From NCBI RefSeq assembly GCF_004010195.1, contig NC_057718.1, forward strand, positions 10,054,872 to 10,089,522: a DNA stretch of 34,651 bases, read 5' to 3'. Position 1 is the stretch's first letter. Every line of letters begins with the position of its first letter. The notes beneath the pieces were generated by a model, which saw only the letters and a program-made list of their open reading frames with translations, ran no database searches and was not told the origin of the DNA. Made by a program: the position numbers and the translations under genes. The stretch is from Chiloscyllium plagiosum. Lineage: Eukaryota. Shown here piece by piece: positions 30,471 through 34,651 of the stretch.

Positions 30471-30588
30471 GTGATGTGTTCGAACCCAGCTCCCCCATCT
30501 TTACAACCAGTTACGGGGGGAGTAATGAAGATCCGAGCACTCCCAGCAAGCCCAGGACAACAGAGGACTTGTTTGCAGTGATCCACAG
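30471..30588 (+). CDS. NHSL1: NHSL1-like gene, internal coding exon E (118 nt, phase 1 to 2); not in the ORF track
   Basis: Acceptor GCTTTTGCAG|; donor CAG|GTAGGA. Encodes GDVFEPSSPIFTTSYGGSNEDPSTPSKPRTTEDLFAVIHR, containing the NHS-family PRTTEDLFA.IHR motif. Confidence 0.95.
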
Positions 30589-32794
30589 GTAGGACAGGAG
30601 ACTGAGGTCCTTAGTGACCAGATACGTCGGGGAATCTCATTGCTTGTTATTTGCTGAGGTCTGATTAGTTATCTATCCTGGTCTTATGCTCTGAGTGCCG
30701 TTGGGTTAAGTGGAGCGTGAGCTGTTGGGTAAATATTGGCTGCAACACACAGATTGTCTCAGCTTCAAGGTGGAGAGAGGGCAGCCCATAGACTGGATAC
30801 TGCTGTGAGCATCCTCCTGCTGAATGCAGCCTTTCTGATCAGCTCAGGAGCTGGAGTACAAAGGAATCTTGCTGATCGGTTGCCTTAACTGTAGCAGAAA
30901 CCCTGGAGAAACTCACTAGTAGGGGGTTAACACAATTAATGACATGGCTAAAGGTGAGGTCAAAATTGTGGACACATTAAGGGGAATCTAGAGAAACACA
31001 TGAGGAGAGAAATGAATAGAAGATTGTGGTGGAATTGTGAGGCAAAGAGGGGTGGGAGGTGGTGTGTACGAAATACGTACACCAGCATGGAGAAATGGGC
31101 AGTTTCTGTGATGTAAATTTTAATTAAGTCTATGCAAGCCAATCCTTCCCTTAGCTAGATTCATAAAATAATAGACCGCAGGTTTTAATAATCCTTTACC
31201 CTAGAACTTTTCCCACAAATAAGTACTTGAATGTTCCTCTTGCAGTATATGGGAGGTAAAGGTCACCTCTAGTGTCCCTGCTGACTTCACGTGTGGGAAG
31301 TGCACCCAACTCCAGCTCCTCGAGAACCGTGTTAGGGAACTGGAACTGGCTGAACTTTTGGATCATTTGGGAGGCGGAGGGGGTGATTGAGAGGAGTTAC
31401 AGGGAGGTAGTTACTTCACAGCCACATGAAGAAGGTAGATGGGTTACTGTCAGGGGTAGGAAAGAGAGCCGGCAGTCAAAGCAGGGATTTCCTGTTGTGG
31501 TTCCCCTCAACAACAAGTATATCATTTTGGATACTGTTGGAGGGGGGGCAGGGAAGGAGGAACTTACCAGGGGTAAGCAATGGGGCACAGGTCTCTGGCA
31601 CAGAGTCTGTCCCTGCTGCTCAGAGGGGAAGGGGGAAGAGGAGCAGAGCTTTAGGTATTGGAGACTTCATAGTTAGGGGGACAGATAGGAGGTTTTGTGG
31701 GAGTGAGAGAGACTCACGATTGGTGTGTTGCCTCCCGGGTGCCAGGGCTCGTGATGTCTCTGATCATGTTTTCAGGATCCTTAAGGGAGTGGGGGAGCAA
31801 CCCCAAGTCATGGTCCACATTGGCACCAACAACATCGGTAGGAAGAAAGGTGGGGATCTAAGGCAGAAATTCAGGGAGCTAGGATGGAAGCTTAGAGCTA
31901 TAACAAACAGAGTTGTTATCTCTGGTTTTGTTGCTTGTGCCACGTGCTAGTGAAGCGAGGAACAGGAAGAGTACAGAGCTGAACACATGGCTCCAGGGAT
32001 GGTGCAGAAGGAGGGTTTTGGATTCTTGGATAATTGGAGCTCTTTCTGGGGAAGGTGGGACCTCTACAAACAGGATGGCCTTCACCTGAACCACAGGGAC
32101 ACCAATATCCTGGGGAGAAAATTAGCTCATGCTCTTCGGCGGGGGGAGGGTTTTAAACTAATGCAGCAGGGAGGTGGGAGCCTGAATTGTAGTTCCAGTG
32201 TACAGGAGGTTGAGGGTAGTGAGGTCAGAGGTAGGTTTACAAGGTCGCGAGAGGGCACCAGCAACAAGGATATTGGTTTGAAATGTGTGTACTTCAATGC
32301 CAGGAGCATCTGGAATAAGGTGGGTGAACTTGCAGCATGGGTTGGTACTTGGGATTTCGATGTTGTGGCCGTTTCAGAGAAATGGCTAGAGGAGGGACAG
32401 GAATGGTTGTTGTAGATTCCGGGGTTTAGATGTTTCAGCAAGAACAGAGAAGATGGTAAGGTAGGGAGGGTTCATTCAAGGAACAGCTACTATGGGTCCT
32501 TAATAAGCGTATACCTATCAGGCAGGGAGGTAGTTGTCGAGAGAGGAAGCCATGGTTTACTAAAGAAGTTAAAGCTCTTGTCAAGAGGAAGAAGAAGGCT
32601 TATGTGAGGATGAGGCGTCAAGGCTGAGTTGGGGGGGGGTTGAGTGCTATAAGTTAGCCAGAAAAGATCTAAAGAGAGGGCTAAGAAGAGCTAGGAGGGG
32701 ACATGAGAAATTGCTGGTGGATAGGATCAAGGAAAACCCTAAGGCCTTCTATAGATGTATCAGGAATAAAAGAATGACTAGAGTAAGATTAGGG

Positions 32795-33005
32795 TCGAGA
32801 GTGTGGTTCTGGGAAAGCACAGCCGGTAAGGCAGCATCCAAGGAGCAGGAAAATTGACATTTCAGGCAAAAGCCCTTCATTCCTGATGAAGGGCTTTTGC
32901 CTGAAACGTTCATTCTCCTGCTCCTCGATGCTGCTTGACCTGCTGTGCTTTTCCAGCACCACACTCTTGACTCTAATCTCCAGCATCTGCAGTCCTCACT
33001 TTCGC
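32795..33005. mobile_element. 211-bp palindromic PLE-derived mini-element with 17-bp TSD, nested in CR1
   Basis: TSD CTAGAGTAAGATTAGGG (32778-32794) / CTAGAGTGAGATTAGGG (33006-33022). The left arm 32795-32880 is the reverse complement of the right arm 32886-32972 around the spacer TCCTG. Confidence 0.92.
32879..32914 (+). ncRNA. Minimal hammerhead ribozyme-like motif at the centre of the palindromic element
   Basis: Reads attc-CTGATGA-a-gggc tttt gcct-GAAA-C-GTT-catt. The core is intact, but the triplet is GUU and the first stem I pair is mismatched. Confidence 0.6.
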
Positions 33006-34256
33006 CTAGAGTGAGATTAGGGCCAATCAAAGATAACAGTGGAAAGTTGTGTATGGAATCTGAGCACATAGAGGAAGCATTTAATGAATACTTTTCATCA
33101 GTATTCACATTGGAAAAGGGCAATGTCAGTGAGGGTATGGAGATACAGGCTACAAGATTAGAGGGGATTGATGGTTGACAAAGAGATGTTTTAGCAATTT
33201 TGGAAGATCTCAAAATAAATAAGACTCTGGGTTGGATGGGATTTATCCTCGGATTCCCTGGGAAGCCGGGGAGGAGATTGCAGAGCCTTTGGTTTCAATC
33301 TTTATGTCGTCATTGTTGACAGGAACAGTGCCAGAAGGCTGGAGGATAGCAAATGTTATTCCCTTGTTTAAGAAGGGGAGTCGGGACAGCCCTGGTAATT
33401 ATAGGTCAGTGAGCCTTACTTCCTTTGTGAGTAAGATGTTGGAAAAGGTTATCAGAGATAGGATTTATAATCATCAGGAAAGGAACAGTTTGATTTTGTG
33501 AAGGGTAGGTTGTGCCTCACTAACCTTATTGTGTTGTTCGAGAAAGTGACAAACTGGTGGATGAAGGTAAAGTGCTTGATGTGATGTATATGGACTTCAA
33601 TAAGGCATTTGATAAGGTTCCACACGGTAGGCTATTGCACAAAATATGGAGTTTCGGGATTGAAGGTGATTTAGTGGTTTGGATCAGAAATTGGCTAGCT
33701 GAAAGAAGACAGAGGGTGATGGTTGATGGGAAATATTCATCCTGGAGTTCGGTATCCAGTGGTGTGCTGCAAGAATCTGTTTTGGGGCCACTGCTGTTTG
33801 TCATTTTTATAAATGATCAGGATGTGGGCGTAGAAGGATGGGATAGTAAATTTGCAGATGACACTAAGGTAGGCAGAGTTGTGGATAGTGCTGAAGGATG
33901 TTGTGGGTTACAGAGGCACATAGATAAGATGCAGAGCTGAGCTGAGAAGTGGCAAATGGAGTTCAATGCAGAAAAGTGTGAGGTAGTTCACTTCAGAAGA
34001 AGTAACAGTAATGCCGAATACTGGGCTAATGGTAAAATTCTTGGCAGTGTAGATGAACAGAGAGATCTTGGTATCCTGGTGCATAAATCCCTGAAAGTTG
34101 CCATACAGGTTGATAGGGTTGTTAAGAAGGCATATGGTGTGTTGGCGTTTATTGGTAGGGGAATTGAGTTTTGGAGCCACGAGGTCATGCTTCAGCAGTA
34201 CAAGGCACTAGTAAGGCCGCACCTGGAGTATTGCGTGCAGTTCTGGTCACCTAATT

Positions 34257-34651
34257 ATAGACAATAGACAATAGGTGCAGGAGTAGGCCATTCAGCCCTT
34301 CGAGCCTGCACTGCCATTCAATATAATCATGGCTGATCATTCCTAATCAGTATCCTGTTCCTGCCTTATCTCCATAACCCTTGATTCCACTATCTTTGAG
34401 AGCTCTATCCAACTCTTTCTTAAATGAATCCAGAGAGTGGGCCTCCACTGCCCTCTGGGGCAGAGCATTCCACACAGCCACCACTCTCTGGGTGAAGAAG
34501 TTTCTCCTGAGCTCTGTCCTAAATGGTCTACCCCGCATTTTTAAGCTGTGTCCTCTGGTTCGGCACTCACCCATCAGCGGAAACATGTTTCCTGCTGCCA
34601 GAGTGTCCAATCCTTTAATAATCTTATACGTCTCAATCAGATCCCCCCTCA
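34257..34651 (-). mobile_element. CR1 LINE 3' end of a different, younger subfamily inserted antisense into the long CR1
   Basis: Begins with an (ATAGACA)n tail. The minus strand encodes MFPLMGECRTRGHSLKMRGRPFRTELRRNFFTQRVVAVWNALPQRAVEAHSLDSFKKELDRAL and runs off the window. Confidence 0.93.

Larger units (their letters stand above)
31227..34259 (+). mobile_element. Long decayed CR1 LINE with ORF1 (Cys finger/coiled coil and SGNH esterase) and ORF2 (APE endonuclease and RT)
   Basis: ORF1: ECSSCSIWE...FTCGKCTQLQLLENRVRELEL, IGDFIVRG, CCLPGAR, VHIGTNN, DGLHLN. ORF2: CVYFNARSIWNK...VAVSEKWL, a large deletion near 32470, YMDFNKAFDKVPH, SGVLQESVLGPLLFVIFIND, KFADDTK, LVRPHLEYCVQFWSP. Many stops and frameshifts. 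Confidence 0.95.

Noticed and set aside
31227..34259. Active or domesticated retroelement gene
   Set aside because: It has multiple stops and frameshifts, a large endonuclease deletion and two nested insertions.

Overview
Repeat-rich vertebrate genomic DNA. The repeat complement (HE1/V-type tRNA-SINEs, Deu-type SINEs, CR1 and L2 LINEs, Penelope-like elements) points to a cartilaginous fish, probably a shark; this is inferred. The window holds five internal coding exons of a + strand NHS-family actin-regulator gene most similar to NHSL1: 11583-11710, 19245-19437, 22461-22592, 26385-29441 and 30471-30588. All have GT-AG boundaries and compatible phases. The 5' and 3' exons lie outside the window. 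The introns are filled with decayed, often nested retroelements, including a solo LTR with a 4-bp TSD interrupted by an internally inverted Penelope fragment and an ORF1+ORF2 CR1. The most interesting non-genic signal is a set of very short Penelope-derived insertions, two with long TSDs and two palindromic, that carry minimal hammerhead-ribozyme cores (CUGANGA...GAAAC-GUH). There are two assembly gaps, one inside a coding minisatellite. There is no prokaryotic content, CRISPR array or intact transposon ORF. Homology statements come from recalled family motifs, not from a database search.
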